From assembly GCA_030704615.1 (NCBI GenBank), contig CM060732.1:53258001-53322000 (forward strand): a stretch of 64,000 bases of DNA. Direction: 5' to 3'. Source of the DNA: Takakia lepidozioides. Taxonomy: Eukaryota; Plantae; Bryophyta. Both the position numbers and the translations under genes were made by a program. Positions 38,901 through 51,254 of this stretch are shown here, in pieces (position 1 is the first letter of the stretch; each line of letters begins with the position of its first letter). Under the pieces are notes generated by a model. It was not told where the DNA came from and did no database searches. It was given only the letters and a program-made list of their open reading frames with translations.

Positions 38901-41040
38901 AGAGGGCCACCATACATGTCCACAGAAATTGATCAAGCAGAAGCCCAATGGCAACCTGGAGATCCCAATGCCTCATGCCTCATTGGGAGAGGCATCAGGC
39001 ATCAGGCATCAGGCATCAATCCCAATGAGGCATCAATACCTCATGCAGGCCTTCATCCACTAGGCCCACTTTGAGAAAGAAGAGATAAAAGCCTTCCTGT
39101 CACATTTGTTCAAAGAGATATGGAAGGCCTACCTCTTGTGTGTGCTGCTTGTGTCTTTAGTCAGGTAATGTCGGATTGATCTGTGACAACCACCACGGTA
39201 CAGCTGAGCAGGCAGAGATTGAAACACGGCCTGCTAAGACCAAGAAAACATTCCGGGCAGTCAGAGTCAGGGCAGGTCCTTCGATCGTCGCTAGAATTTA
39301 CAACACTAATTCTCGACAAAAGAAATATTGAAAATAGTCAATTGATCGCCTCATAACTAATTCGTGGTTTTATCAAGCCCATCCCCAAAACAGGGTAGTA
39401 CCTTGCAAGGGGAAGAGGCTCTTCTTTACGTTAACTCCGGTTGTCGTCATATCAATATATGAAGCGAGGCTGTTGTTTGTTTGTTTGTTTGTTTGTTTTG
39501 TTTTGTATTGTAGCGTTGAAGGAGCGTTGAGATGTTCCAAGCCGCCGGCCAGCCCTGGTGCTTGGTGAAAGGACACAAAAGAGGGAGGAGCTCATCATAG
39601 AGAGAAAGGACCTGCCTTAGACAACAATTTGGGAAAGAGCATATCCATGACCTCCTTCGTGTTGGCCCTTACAGAACTGAAGTCAAAATTGAACCACCAA
39701 GGACCCCCAGAATGTAGATTCTTATCCACTATAGCTCAAATTATGCATATTCTTAGATGTCATTCTTTGGCTCAAATGAAAGCTGGCCATGAGGGCTTTC
39801 AGCCATTGCCATTTTTATCCAAAAACTCCATATGTTTCAGGAGTTATATGCATTTGAAAATTGTGGGCATTTGTTTTGTTTTTCTTACTCCAGTTGAAAC
39901 AAGCATAGTTGTCACTTCACCCCAAACAAAGCTATGGCCGTCAATTGAGTTTTAAATATCCAACACACCATGCCCTTTGGTACCCAATGATCGCTGGTCC
40001 ATCAATTGGATAGATATATTGATCGAGCACATTTACTAGATACATACATGTGCAAAGATAAAGCACATAACGATCACCAAAAGCGACATAATCCTCTTTA
40101 TCTTCGAGTTTCCCATCACAACCCATCAAAATATGAACAAAATCTTGAGTCACAGTCAGGCTACACCATCTTGGTAGCTTGAGAAACTAGAATATACGAA
40201 GCAATACCTATATACCACAAAGGGAAGACATATTGATCAGTGCGTTGTCTTCCTTAATTCATCTGAGGGAGAGGATGGTGGCCTTCCAACAGTAAGCACG
40301 ACCCACTTCCAAATGGAAGCTGTTCTAAGAGCCATGAGCCCTTTGTAGCAAAGTTGAGCATAAAAAAAGGTTTCGAGAGTGCTCCTCCACAGATATTGTG
40401 AGAATACTCCACCAAGGGGGATTCAGGAAGGAAAGTAAACTGTACACTTGCCTACCATAGCATCAGTTGCAACGTATTCCATGCATTCCATTCAAACTTA
40501 TCTGGTTTATTTGAATACTTTATGTGCACTTCAAACAGAGCCTGGACAAGTAGGTTTGTCGGATTAGACTTTGAACGAGCAAATTCAAAGTTTTGTTCTC
40601 CTGCCTTATGTAAGTAGAGCAGCTGCATCTCCTTCTTAAGGCATGTGCCAGCCTGACAGCCGTGGAAAAGGAGAAGGAAGAGATATGGTGCTGGAGATAT
40701 ATGACTGCCCTGGTCGAGTATATGTATTGTAAATGTTGGAGCATGAGTACTGAAAGCAGACACGTTGAGGGATGCATTCCACACAGCAAATTCACTTGAT
40801 TACGAAGGAGTAGTAAGAGAGCAAGTCCGGTCTTTCATAAGGAAGCATGCATGAAGTAGCTTGATGTCATGTATGCAAGATCGGGCCTAGTGTTGGTGCA
40901 CGAGGGAATGAAATCCATAGTATGATTGAAATCGTTCAGCTTCTGCTCAGGCAGGTTCTAGGTCAGCTTACCCACCAACCAACATGTGGGTTGCTGCAAG
41001 AGCCAGTTTGAGCAGAGCCCCGAGCATGGTGGGGCAGAAA

Positions 41041-41610
41041 TTATAGGGAAATACCAAGCCCGGACGAGGAGTGAACAAAAGCGGCAGAGGACATGGCAGC
41101 AGCAAACTCAGAGAAGCTGATACGCCCATCCCCGTCGGTGTCAGCTTCCCGGATCATGTCCGCGAGTTCCCTCACAGACAGTGCGTGGCCAAGGCGCGCC
41201 ATGGAGTGAGCTAGCTCGGCGGCTGTGATGAAGCCATTGCCATCTCGGTCAAAGGTCCGGAACACAGCTAGAAGCTCCTCCTCGTTGTAGGGCGTGGCTG
41301 CGACCATCTCCGGCCCAATGAGGGCTACGAACTCCGAGAACTCAAGGAGGCCATTGCTATTGGTGTCCGCCCTTTGCAGCAGAGCCTCCAGCTGCACGCA
41401 ATCGGGTTTCAGACCCAACGACCTCAATAACGAACCCAGCTCCAACTCCGTAATGCTGCCATCCGTGTCCCTATCAAACCGCGAAAACATTTCTTGTAAT
41501 TCTGCCATTTGCTCCGTGCTCAACATCACCTCTCCTACTCTATCTTCCGCTCGTGCAGATTCATCCATACCCACCTCCGTCCCCCTCCTCTGCGCCCCCA
41601 TATCTCCCAT
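41041..41610 (-). CDS. CML: Calmodulin-like protein (CML17/18-type, 4 EF-hands)
   Basis: EF-hand loops DRDTDGSITELE, DTNSNGLLEFSE, DRDGNGFITAAE, DTDGDGRISFSE. A splice acceptor lies just upstream, so the true start may be in an upstream exon. Confidence 0.92.
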   Translation of the reverse strand: MGDMGAQRRGTEVGMDESARAEDRVGEVMLSTEQMAELQEMFSRFDRDTDGSITELELGSLLRSLGLKPDCVQLEALLQRADTNSNGLLEFSEFVALIGPEMVAATPYNEEELLAVFRTFDRDGNGFITAAELAHSMARLGHALSVRELADMIREADTDGDGRISFSEFAAAMSSAAFVHSSSGLGISL

Positions 41611-42710
41611 CACCTGAAAAGACTACCACCCTCATGCCCTGTCAATCCCAATCACACCCAATTCCTGCTCCAGCGCTCTCAGCCCATGGTCAACGCTGCT
41701 TCTCTCTCCGTGTGCGTCTTGCACGACGATCGGTCACCACCCAAGTTGCTGCCCGCCAACTCCTTCCAGAAACCCAGCAGGTGCACAACTACGTACTCTC
41801 TGACTATGACTCTGCCATACCACATGACCATAAATCTCCAGAAGATCCATGGTAAGCGCAGAAGACGACGAGATCAAGTCTGCAGCTGCTGCGAGGATTC
41901 CCTCGACGTTGCTGGGCGGCGCTGACTGCTCACGTTCTTGCAATGCAGCGATAACCTTGGCAATTGAGATCAATCCCTTTTTCTTTTCTTTTTTTTATCT
42001 TTTGCCTTGTGATGAAAACCCTAGAGACAGGTCGATAGTTAGGTGTCCAACTAATTCTGAGCAATGAGAGAGAGAAGAATCCTGCGAAAGCCTGCATAAC
42101 TAATAAGACTAATAAGAGCCACTTCAGCTTGCAGCTACCTACTAACTGAGCACCCTGTGTTTGATCAAGTCCATTTGGAGGAAGGAGGGCTATATTGTTC
42201 AAAACAGAAGCCACCCCTTACTGTCTTGCCCAATCAAGTTCACCTATTACTCTTCCTGCTCAGAGAGTTAAATGAGGTGTCGGCAAAGCTACAATTGTAC
42301 AGCTTGAAGTTACAAGCTGCTAAGATGGATTGTCAAGAACAAGAAAACAAAATTGTAAGGAGAACTTGTATCAATACAGTGCCAGCAAAGCAAAACTACT
42401 AAAACCATTCGTTTTTGGGCAACTCTCTCTTTGATGCCTAAGGAACACCACTTCGCAAATTCTTCATGGGATGGCTATGCGGCTTTTGGCACATCCAACA
42501 CCATCTTCCTCTGCACGAGCCATCCCCACCATATTGCTCATAGAGAGAATCTAAGAAACTTCTTAGCATTAAGGATGAGCTTATGGGACATATGGATAAT
42601 TCACCAAGAAATCACTTGAATCTAGGGTACAAATCACTTGTACCCTGATGCTGCTGCCGTCATTTGAGCTACCTATCATGCGCTGGGTACTAAAATATTG
42701 AATAACAAAC

Positions 42711-45000
42711 GCCTCTCATTTTTGAATAATTGGGAGTTTAGGTCTCACGTGTGGGCCAGGACGCGCACGGACGCACGGGTGCGGGGTCGTCCCCGCGCCC
42801 GGTCCCCGCGCCCGGCCCCCGCACCGGCCATCCGCATTGCGCAGCGCGGTCGGCAACCCCGTAGCACCGCACCCGCGGTCCGTGGCCCCCGGCCGCGGCT
42901 CAGGCCGCCCGTGGTCACCGTTGTGTCCGTCGGCGCGCCCGTCCCCGCTGGGTCTACCCAGGCTAGGTTTGTTGGGTCTGCCGGCAGAGCAGACCGAACC
43001 GACAGACCCAAGCGGACCCAAGCAGACCCCAGATGACCTGGCGCGCATCTGACCGTGAAGCCACGCTGCCATCCTATCCGTCCGGATTTAGGGCATCACA
43101 TCGCAGCCGCTAATCTGCGAGTGTTTCCTCGATCTTCTCCTCCCCTTGTGGTCTATTCCTGCCACCTGGCTTCTCTCCTGGCAAGAACATGCGTGTTGTC
43201 GTCCTTCACTTCCACCTTTGTAGATCCTATTGCAGGTCCTATTGCAGGTGCTAAAGCGTGCGCGTAAGGGTACTGTAGTGTATATGGCAGCGGCCGTCTA
43301 TGCCCAACCTTAAGGCTTTCTTATACGTCCACTTCGACAAGGTCTTCAAACACTAAAGGATGGGCCATTTTCCTGCAAAGATCTTTACTGGAAGAATGAG
43401 AGTCGCTCTAGATACATGGGCACTCACGTGCGCGTCCACACGGCCTGTATTCCCTGGGAGAGAGTGGGCGACTTTGTACTTGGAGAGGAGAGTAGAGACG
43501 GGTGTTCCACCCAATTTTACATAAATGTGCACGTTCACGCGAAGCCTGGAACGAGAACAGCTCCAAGAGCTAATACATATCTAACCTATGTCATGTCTGC
43601 ACCATATTCCCGCACTTCTAGTTTCTTCCTGTGCTTGCGCCACATGTACAAGTTGATGTAGATAGAGTTCATACTATCTTATATGCTTGCAGAACTCCAA
43701 CTCCATGGGTGTCGATGACAGATTCCAATACGACCATATTCAGGTATCAGTGTTGCTACGGTCCAGAGGACAAGCGCACCAACATGTGAATGTCGGGATC
43801 CGAAGGAGGTCCGGACGTCGGGGCTGGAACCAGTAATCCTCACAAAGGTCCAAGACGAAAGAAAAGCAAATACGGCGAGTCTTACAAGCATGGTTGTCTC
43901 TGTTGTTTCAAAGTCTCGCAATGTTATCTTGCTCCAGACATTGGAGTCATCATATATTATAACAACATGCAACACCTGGATGTGTCCGGAAAACCCTCTC
44001 ATGGCGGGTATGCCCAGTTTCAGTTCAGCCGATACGCCTATGCTCCACATATTAGCGAGGAGTTCTGAAAAAGTGGATCATGAAATGCTTGTCTCGAGGC
44101 CTGAGTGTCGCGCAAGTCATGATTGAACACAATGAGCACATCATGCACAACACTGGCTTGGGAGAAGCATGGACACGCGACGACTTTCTCCTCGAGCAAG
44201 ATATCCAGAACCTCGATAAAAAACGAGCCTGGCAGACCTTCAAAAAACACGCGGACGATGCACAATCCGTACGTATGTGGAAAGATCAAAAATCGGACTC
44301 GGTCTTCTTCTACCAAGAGGAATCATTGGCGCCCACATTTCAACATTTTGATGGAGATTTGACCTTCACCATTGGGATTCAGACTCCATGGCAGTGGTAG
44401 AAGATGTTTGACTTGGGCGATGCGCGCATCGTAGCTTGCGATGCTACATTTGGAACTAACCATCACGATAGCCATGACAGTTAACGAATGCACAATGGGA
44501 ACACCTTTACAATCAAGACATCCTCATCTAGAAGGTGAAGAGAGATTTGGTTCATGCAAGCGCAAACTAGACACCCCTTCGGGGTCGGACGACAATTCAC
44601 ATCGGCACAATAGAGATAACTTTTCGGTGCCTCGTGTGCCCGTGCCTCCCACTTTCGTGCACGCCACATCATGTGTGGGTGAATCTTCTTCGGCAGAGTT
44701 CACTCCGCGCTCAACAACTACAATTGCAGCGGAAGAACGGGAAAACTTGTTGCCCATCCAGGAGTCTGATTGTGCAGACGCAATGTGGCATTCACCAATG
44801 TATGATAGGGTCTGCTGATGTTATGACACTACTTGAGCGAGATAATACTGCACGAGTTTGAGATGTTATCGGGCTTGACATTGCAAAGCCTGAGAAGCCA
44901 TCTCATAACCCACGTCATGACCAATTCAATGGCAATGCTTTCTAGAATTTCTTCAATCTTACATGGACCGTGCTTTCTAAATTTACTTTAATCTTGCATG
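42711..45000 (+). mobile_element. Mutator-like element: left terminus, GC-rich subterminal region and internally deleted transposase
   Basis: Terminus gcctctcatttttgaataat resembles the MITE TIR at 7082/8593. gggtctaccc, ttgttgggtc and cagacc motifs are shared with the MITEs. Right terminus not found. Confidence 0.6.
43356..44465 (+). pseudogene. MULE/SWIM-type transposase of the At4g13970/At1g60560 family (N-terminal half)
   Basis: FSCKDLYW, IPWERVGDFVLGE, CCYGPEDKR, HGCLCCF..IIYYNNMQHLD..G.PSHG, APHISEE, TRDDFL, DDAQSVRMW, FTIGIQTPWQ, DATFGTN. Contains stops and a frameshift; truncated after the first catalytic Asp. Confidence 0.8.
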
Positions 45001-45453
45001 GACCGTCTGTAATGGCATTGTTATACGACATGTAAACTGTATTGAAGCCAAACTACGTGAGGGAAATTCATACTACTTCGAAGTAGTGGATGACCTGCTT
45101 CATTCAACATCGTTCAAGTTATTTCACCATAAATCTTATTGTTGTCATACATTGTTCATTCAGCCCTCTTTTGTCATCCGACATTCATCCTATATTCATC
45201 CATTCCACATACCCATTCATCCGTAAGAATTTCGTCGCACACTACTCTCAAATTTTCATACATGGAACTCTACGTCTTAGGTATGTTGCCCTCAATTCCA
45301 CTCAACACTGCCCCCACGACAATAGGTTCTGCTTTTCCCACGGCTATAGGCTCCGCTTTCCTTCTGTGCTCACGCTTAGGAAATCTACTCACGCTTAACG
45401 AAGTCTGCTCACGCTTAGTCCGCTAGGCGTGAACGCGCTCACGCGCTAGCTTC

Positions 45454-46081
45454 TGTCACGGACATAGCCTAGAGGAACTTACCATAAGTAAATACCAGAA
45501 GTTACCAAGTTATCATGACTTACCGTGATTTATCATGATCTACCATGATTTACCATTACTTACCAAGTTACCGGGAGTTTACCAAATTACCAAGAGTAAC
45601 TTGGGAAACTGCTCAGGAAGCTTCCTTGGAGGAAACTTCTCCATCAAGATACCTCCTTTGTTTAAGGAAGCTTCTCCATCAAGAAACCTTTGTTTAATCT
45701 TGGAAACTTCTCCAGCAAGAAACCTCCATAAGGAAAGCTTCTTAGGGAAGCTTCTTAGTAGTCAGTATATATAGGAGGCGAGACTGGACACTCTTCAGTC
45801 TCGCCAACACCAGTTCAAGCTACTCTTGTTTCCAGTTCCCAGTACTCTAGTCCAGTTCCCGGTACCCTAGCCCAGTTTCCAGTATCTGGTACTCCAGTCC
45901 AGTTTCCAGCATTTCCAGTATTTAAGTCGTGTTCCAATATCTCGTACTCTTGTTCATTGTTATAAAGATCGTCTTGATTTACTCATCATGCATTCAGCCA
46001 CGCCGGCCTTGACTTCTTGTCTAGTCTTGTACCTCTAATCTAATCTCTGATTTGTGTTCAGTCATGTTCTCGTCCTTGACA
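45454..46081 (+). repeat. 5' LTR (628 bp)
   Basis: Direct repeat of 51255-51901 with roughly 20 substitutions and 2 indels by manual count. TATA at 45766-45773; ttacca and ccagt repeat blocks. Confidence 0.97.
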
Positions 46082-46083
46082 GT

Positions 46084-46094
46084 TTGGCGAGACT
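46084..46094 (+). promoter_or_regulatory. Self-priming primer-binding site
   Basis: TTGGCGAGACT is the exact reverse complement of LTR 45797-45807, which starts 31 nt after the start of the TATA box. Confidence 0.8.
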
Positions 46095-46140
46095 AAAGTT
46101 TGTTCCTTAGTTAGTTAAGACGGAAGGCACATTTGTGGAA

Positions 46141-47167
46141 ATGGTCGCCACATTGCAGAGTCTTCAGCTCCAGATGCAAGAACTTTGTGCCTCTACTGCC
46201 CAACTACAAGCTGATCAGTCTCAAGATCTTGGCAACGCTCTCAACAATTTGCAACAACAAATTTCAGAGTTGAAGGAGTCGAACAATGGATCTTCAACCT
46301 TACGAGTCTCTACTACAACAAATCCTACTGCAACGGTTCCTCCAAATATTGAACAGATTACAATGGAACCAAAGGTCAGCATGCCCGAAAAATTGATGGG
46401 ACGAGATCAAGATTTCGCGGTTTTGTTCAACAAGTACGATTATTCCTACGACTACATCCACAACGCTACCCTGATGAAAGTATTCAAGTGGAATTTGTGG
46501 GCACCCTTCTATCCGGCACTGCCTTATCTTGGTTTGCACCGCTATTAGAGAAAAATTTGCATTTACTATACAATTTTGAAGCGTTCATGTCCGAGTTCAC
46601 TGCAACGTTTGGAGAGAATGATAGAGAGAGAGAGAGTTGCAGAGACAAAGATGCGAAATCTTCGACAAGGAGCACGTCCAGCTTTCGTTTATGCTGCCGA
46701 ATTTCGACAACTTGCGTGCGACCTTGACTGGAATGAGAAGAGTCTCATTAGTCAGTTTCGATGTGGCCTAAAAGAGGATGTTAAAGATTTGTTGCTGACA
46801 ATGTCAAATGTGAGTACACTGAGCGAATTCATCACCCAAGTCATTGCATACGATAATTGTTTGTTCGAAAGACGTCAAGAGAAGCGATCTGGATGGTCGA
46901 CAACGCATCATGCCGTTGCTACTACGACACCAAACACAACGATCCATCAGACATCCGGTAATGATCCTATGCAGATTGATGCTGTCCGATTCAAGCCATT
47001 CAGCCACAAGAAAAACAAAGACGGCGCTCGAATGGATTATGCCTTTATTGCGGAGAAGATGATCACATAGCATTAAACTACCCCAACAAGAGAAGATTCA
47101 AAGCTCAAGCACAACTCAAGTGTTCGATATGAGGAGGTCGGAAAACGAAGATGTACAGTCACAGTAG
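46141..47167 (+). pseudogene. gag: gag (frameshifted)
   Basis: EPKVSMPEK, LLSGTALSWF, LRQGARP..YAAEF, PMQIDA and a decayed Zn knuckle CLYCGEDDH. Confidence 0.9.
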
Positions 47168-50100
47168 GGACCATGCGGCTGGACACCCCAAATTCCTCAC
47201 CAAAAAAATGTCTTTTTCTACCTCCAGACCTTGTACCTTGTTTCACAGTTCCAGTAAAGGATGCAAAATCGAGATATCTCCGTAGAAGCACTTTTGGACT
47301 CGGGTGCTTCAGCGTGTTTTTATTGACAAAGACTTTGCGAAGCAACACAATTCAACGCTCGTTAGAAAGAAATTCTCGACCCCTGTTGAAGTCATCGATG
47401 GACGACCGTTAGCATCAGAAAATATTGACCATGAAACTCAACCCCTTGAAGTGAAGCTTAAAAATCAAGCATCACATGTTGTTTTCAATGTCATCCAGTC
47501 TCCAACGAATCATGTGATCATTGGACTTCCCTGGTTTGTACTTCATAATCCTGAAATCGACTGGCGATCGCGAAAAAATTTGGCAAGACAAAAATGCAAA
47601 AATACCAAAGGTATTCAACCCCTGTTTCTTGGAGTTAGAGCCTTCATGAAAGCTACGAAGAAATACGCGACATTTGTACTTTATGCGACTCCGATCAAAA
47701 CCACAACAGACCAAAGTACTTTGACATTACCCACTCAATATCAAGGTTTCAAGGATGTCTTCAAGAAGAAAAATGCAGACATGTTGCCAGAACATCGACC
47801 TTATGATTGTGCAATTGAATTGCAAGAAGAAGCTCAACCATCATTCGGTCCGATCTACAATTTATCTTAGACGGAGTTGGCTGCTTTACGCGAATACATT
47901 GATGAAAATTTGTCAAAGAATTTCATTCGACATTCGAAATCACCCGCGGGAGAACCTATCTTATTTGTGAAGAAGAAGACGGATCGTTACGCATGTGTGT
48001 GGACTATCGTGGGCTCAACAAAGTCACTATAAAAAATCGTTACCCACTACCGCTGATTTCCGGACTCCTCGAACAACTTGGACGAGCAAATTTTTTCACA
48101 AAGATCGACTTGAGAGGAGCTTACAACCTTGTACGGATAAAAGAATGAGACGAATGGAAGACTACTTTTCGCACAAGGTACGGACATTTCGAATACAGTG
48201 TTATGTCTTTCGGTCTTACAAATGCTCCAGCAATTTTTCAACACATGATGAATGACATCTTTCGAGAATTTTTAGATGACTTTGTAGTCATCTATTTGGA
48301 CGACATTTTGATATTTTTACAGAATGAAGAAGAACATGGTCGCCATGTACGCCTTGTCCTTGATAAATTGAGATAAAGAGGACTATATGTCAAGTTGGAA
48401 AAATGTCTTTTCCATCAATCTGACGTCGAATTTTTGGGCTACATTATTTCCGACAAATGAGTCTTTATGGATCAGAAGAAAATACAAACCATCATCGAGT
48501 GGATTAAACCAACTTCGGTCCGAGATGTACAATGTTTTCTAGGATTTGCAAATTTCTATAGAATCTTCATCAAGGACTATTCCAAAATTACTGCACCATT
48601 GACACGACTCACAGGGAAGGACAAATTTGTATGGGACAATAAGGCTGACCAAGAATTTGAAATGCTGAAGCAGACATTTACAACGGCTCCAATACTGGTA
48701 CATACAGACCCATCTAAACCATTTTTTTTGGAAGCAAATGCATCGGACTTTGCACTTGTCGCGGTACTCTCAATACGGTACAGATGGCCGACTTCACCCT
48801 GTTGGTTTTCGTTCTCGCAAATTTTCCGCTGCGGAGATCAATTATGAAATCCATGACAAAGAACTTCTAGCGATTATTAATGCTTTTGAGGAGTGGCGTC
48901 ATCTATTGGAGGGAGCTAAACATCAGGTCACAGTCTATACCGATCACAAAAACCTCGAGTATTTTATGAGTGCTCGTGTTTTGAATTGACGTCAAGCGAG
49001 ATAGAGTATATCACTAGCAAGGTTTGATTTTGTTATTACCTACCGTCTCGGACATCTTCAAGGAAAACCAGATGCTCTTTCTCAACGATCGTATCTTGCG
49101 CCAAAAGAAGGGTTGCAGCTTTTGACCAACAGAAATCCATCATCTTGAAACCAGCAAATCTACAAGTGAATATGCTATCAATGCCCACCTATGACGATGT
49201 AGAGATCATAAAGGAGATCCAAGAAGTATTGAAGAGCGACCAATTTGCCACGACACTACGAAGTCAACTAAATCGACCTCGAGACAACCCACATGTTACA
49301 AACGACTTCGAATTCAAAGATGGCTTATTTTATTTCAAGGGACTTCTCTATGTACCTCCAGGACCTATGCGACTTCGAATTCTTCAAACATGTCATGATC
49401 TTCCGGCTGCAGGACATTTTGGCTTCAACAAAACAATGGAATTGATATCCAGGGACTATTGGTGGCTGCAGATGTGGAAACTCGTGAAAGAATTTATAAA
49501 ATCTTGCGACACGTGTGCTAGAGCGAGTGGACCACAACATCGACCTTACGGCCTTCTTCAACCATTACCCATTCCCAAGGGTCCATGGTCGTCCGTGTCT
49601 ATGGACTTTATTACGGACCTTCCAATTTCCAAGACCACCGATTCAATCTTTGTTATTGTAGATCGTTTTACAAAGATGACACATTTCATTCCATGTAATA
49701 AGACGGTTACCGGCGAGGAAACTGCAAGACTCTTCCTCAATACTATCTACCGCATTCATGGACTCCCGAAGGACATCGTATCTGATCGAAGACCACAGTT
49801 CATATCAAATTTCTGGAGGGGATTATTTCACATATTGGATACTAAGATCAACATCTCTACAGCTAATCATCCACAGACTGATAGTCAAACCGAACGTGTA
49901 AACCAAATCTTGGAGCAGTATCTTCGATGTACGATAAATTATCACCAAGATAATTGGACGGACCTTCTGTCATTAGCTGAGTTTGCCTACAACAACACTA
50001 TACATTCTTCGACCAAGCAAACTCCATTTTTCTCTAATTATGGTCATCATCCTCGAGCAAACCCTTTCCACATGAAGACTGTTGGAAGCCCTGCTGCAGA

Positions 50101-50660
50101 AAACCTTGCTACTCATTTCGCTACAATTCACAAGGAGCTTACATTTCATCTCGCAGAAGCTCAAAAACAATACAAGGAGTACGCAGATCAACGTCGTCAA
50201 CTCCAACCCCAGTTCAAGGTCGGGAGATTGTGTGTGGCTTCTTCGACGGGACATACAAACATTGCGACCCTTAAGGAAGTTGGATTATCAACGCCTGGGA
50301 CCATTCAAAATTATTCGACAAATAAGTCCGGTCAGTTCTCGGTTTGAACTTCCACGAAGTATGCACATCCATCCAGTCTTTCATATTTCATTATTGGAGT
50401 TGTATCATTCATCGAATATTCCAGGGAGAGTCTCCGTACCACCTCCACCAATCGAAGTCAATCAGGAAATTGAGTATGAAGTCGACGAAGTCTTAGACTC
50501 TCGCATCAAGTATAAACGTCTTGAGTATTTCGTACATTGGAAAGGCTACGACATCAGCGAACGAACGTGGGAACCTTCATCCAACCTCGCAAATGCATCT
50601 GACAAAGTTCAAGAGTTTCATCAACGATATCCAGCTAAGCACCGAGCTACACGTCAATAA
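47140..50660 (+). pseudogene. pol: pol: protease, RT, RNase H, integrase, chromodomain (multiple stops and frameshifts)
   Basis: LLDSGAS, YLDDILI (~48290), ASDFA/KELLAI/YTDHKNL, HHCC (CHDLPAAGH..CDTC), SMDFITDLP/IVSDR/TERVNQ, GPFKI, EYEVDEVLDSR..YFVHWKGY..RTWEP. Confidence 0.95.
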
Positions 50661-50797
50661 GACGTCACAATGATGATGTTAGCTTCAAGGTGAAGACTTC
50701 ACATTCAATATACCTGATACACGATAAAGAGGGAGGAGCACCACACATCAGTATATATAGCTACACTTCTAGCACTCTTGCATCTTGTACTGGCAGT

Positions 50798-51199
50798 ATG
50801 GAGTCACAGGAACCAGATACATTGGAGAAGTCGCTTACCCAGCTACCAGATCAGCCGTTCCGACTCTCATGATCTTCAATATCACGCCGACGCTCTCGAG
50901 ATGATGGGCCACCAATGCGACGCGTACTTCCTCGTCTGGATCCCGTACGACGGCAAGTGGAGCCTACGCGAAGTCTGATAATTCTATTGGAAGTTGAGGC
51001 TTCGGACCCAGAGGGCAACGAAATCATGTTTGAATGCTGCTTCCAAAATCAAAATGCTCAAATTACTGCGTGGTCCCAAGTTCCAGGTGTTGGACACTAT
51101 CAATGGTTGTAGGGACCTATAAATCATTTTAGTCAAGAACGAAGAGCCGAATACTTGGCAAGTACCATTTGCCGGATTTTGGATTTTCTCCAACTCTAA
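50798..51199 (+). pseudogene. Extra 133-codon ORF between pol and the 3' LTR (two in-frame stops)
   Basis: ATG 50798 to TAA 51199 in one frame, interrupted by TGA 50870 and TAG 51110. Preceded by CAGTATATATAG at 50749-50760. Confidence 0.55.
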
Positions 51200-51254
51200 G
51201 CAAGTCCAAGTTTTTACCGCTCCTCGAGGAACTCGGCGCCAGAGAATGGGGTAA

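Noticed and set aside
42698-43072. Overlapping GC-rich ORFs (also 6065-6599)
   Set aside because: They are by-products of GC-rich transposon subterminal DNA and show no protein motifs.
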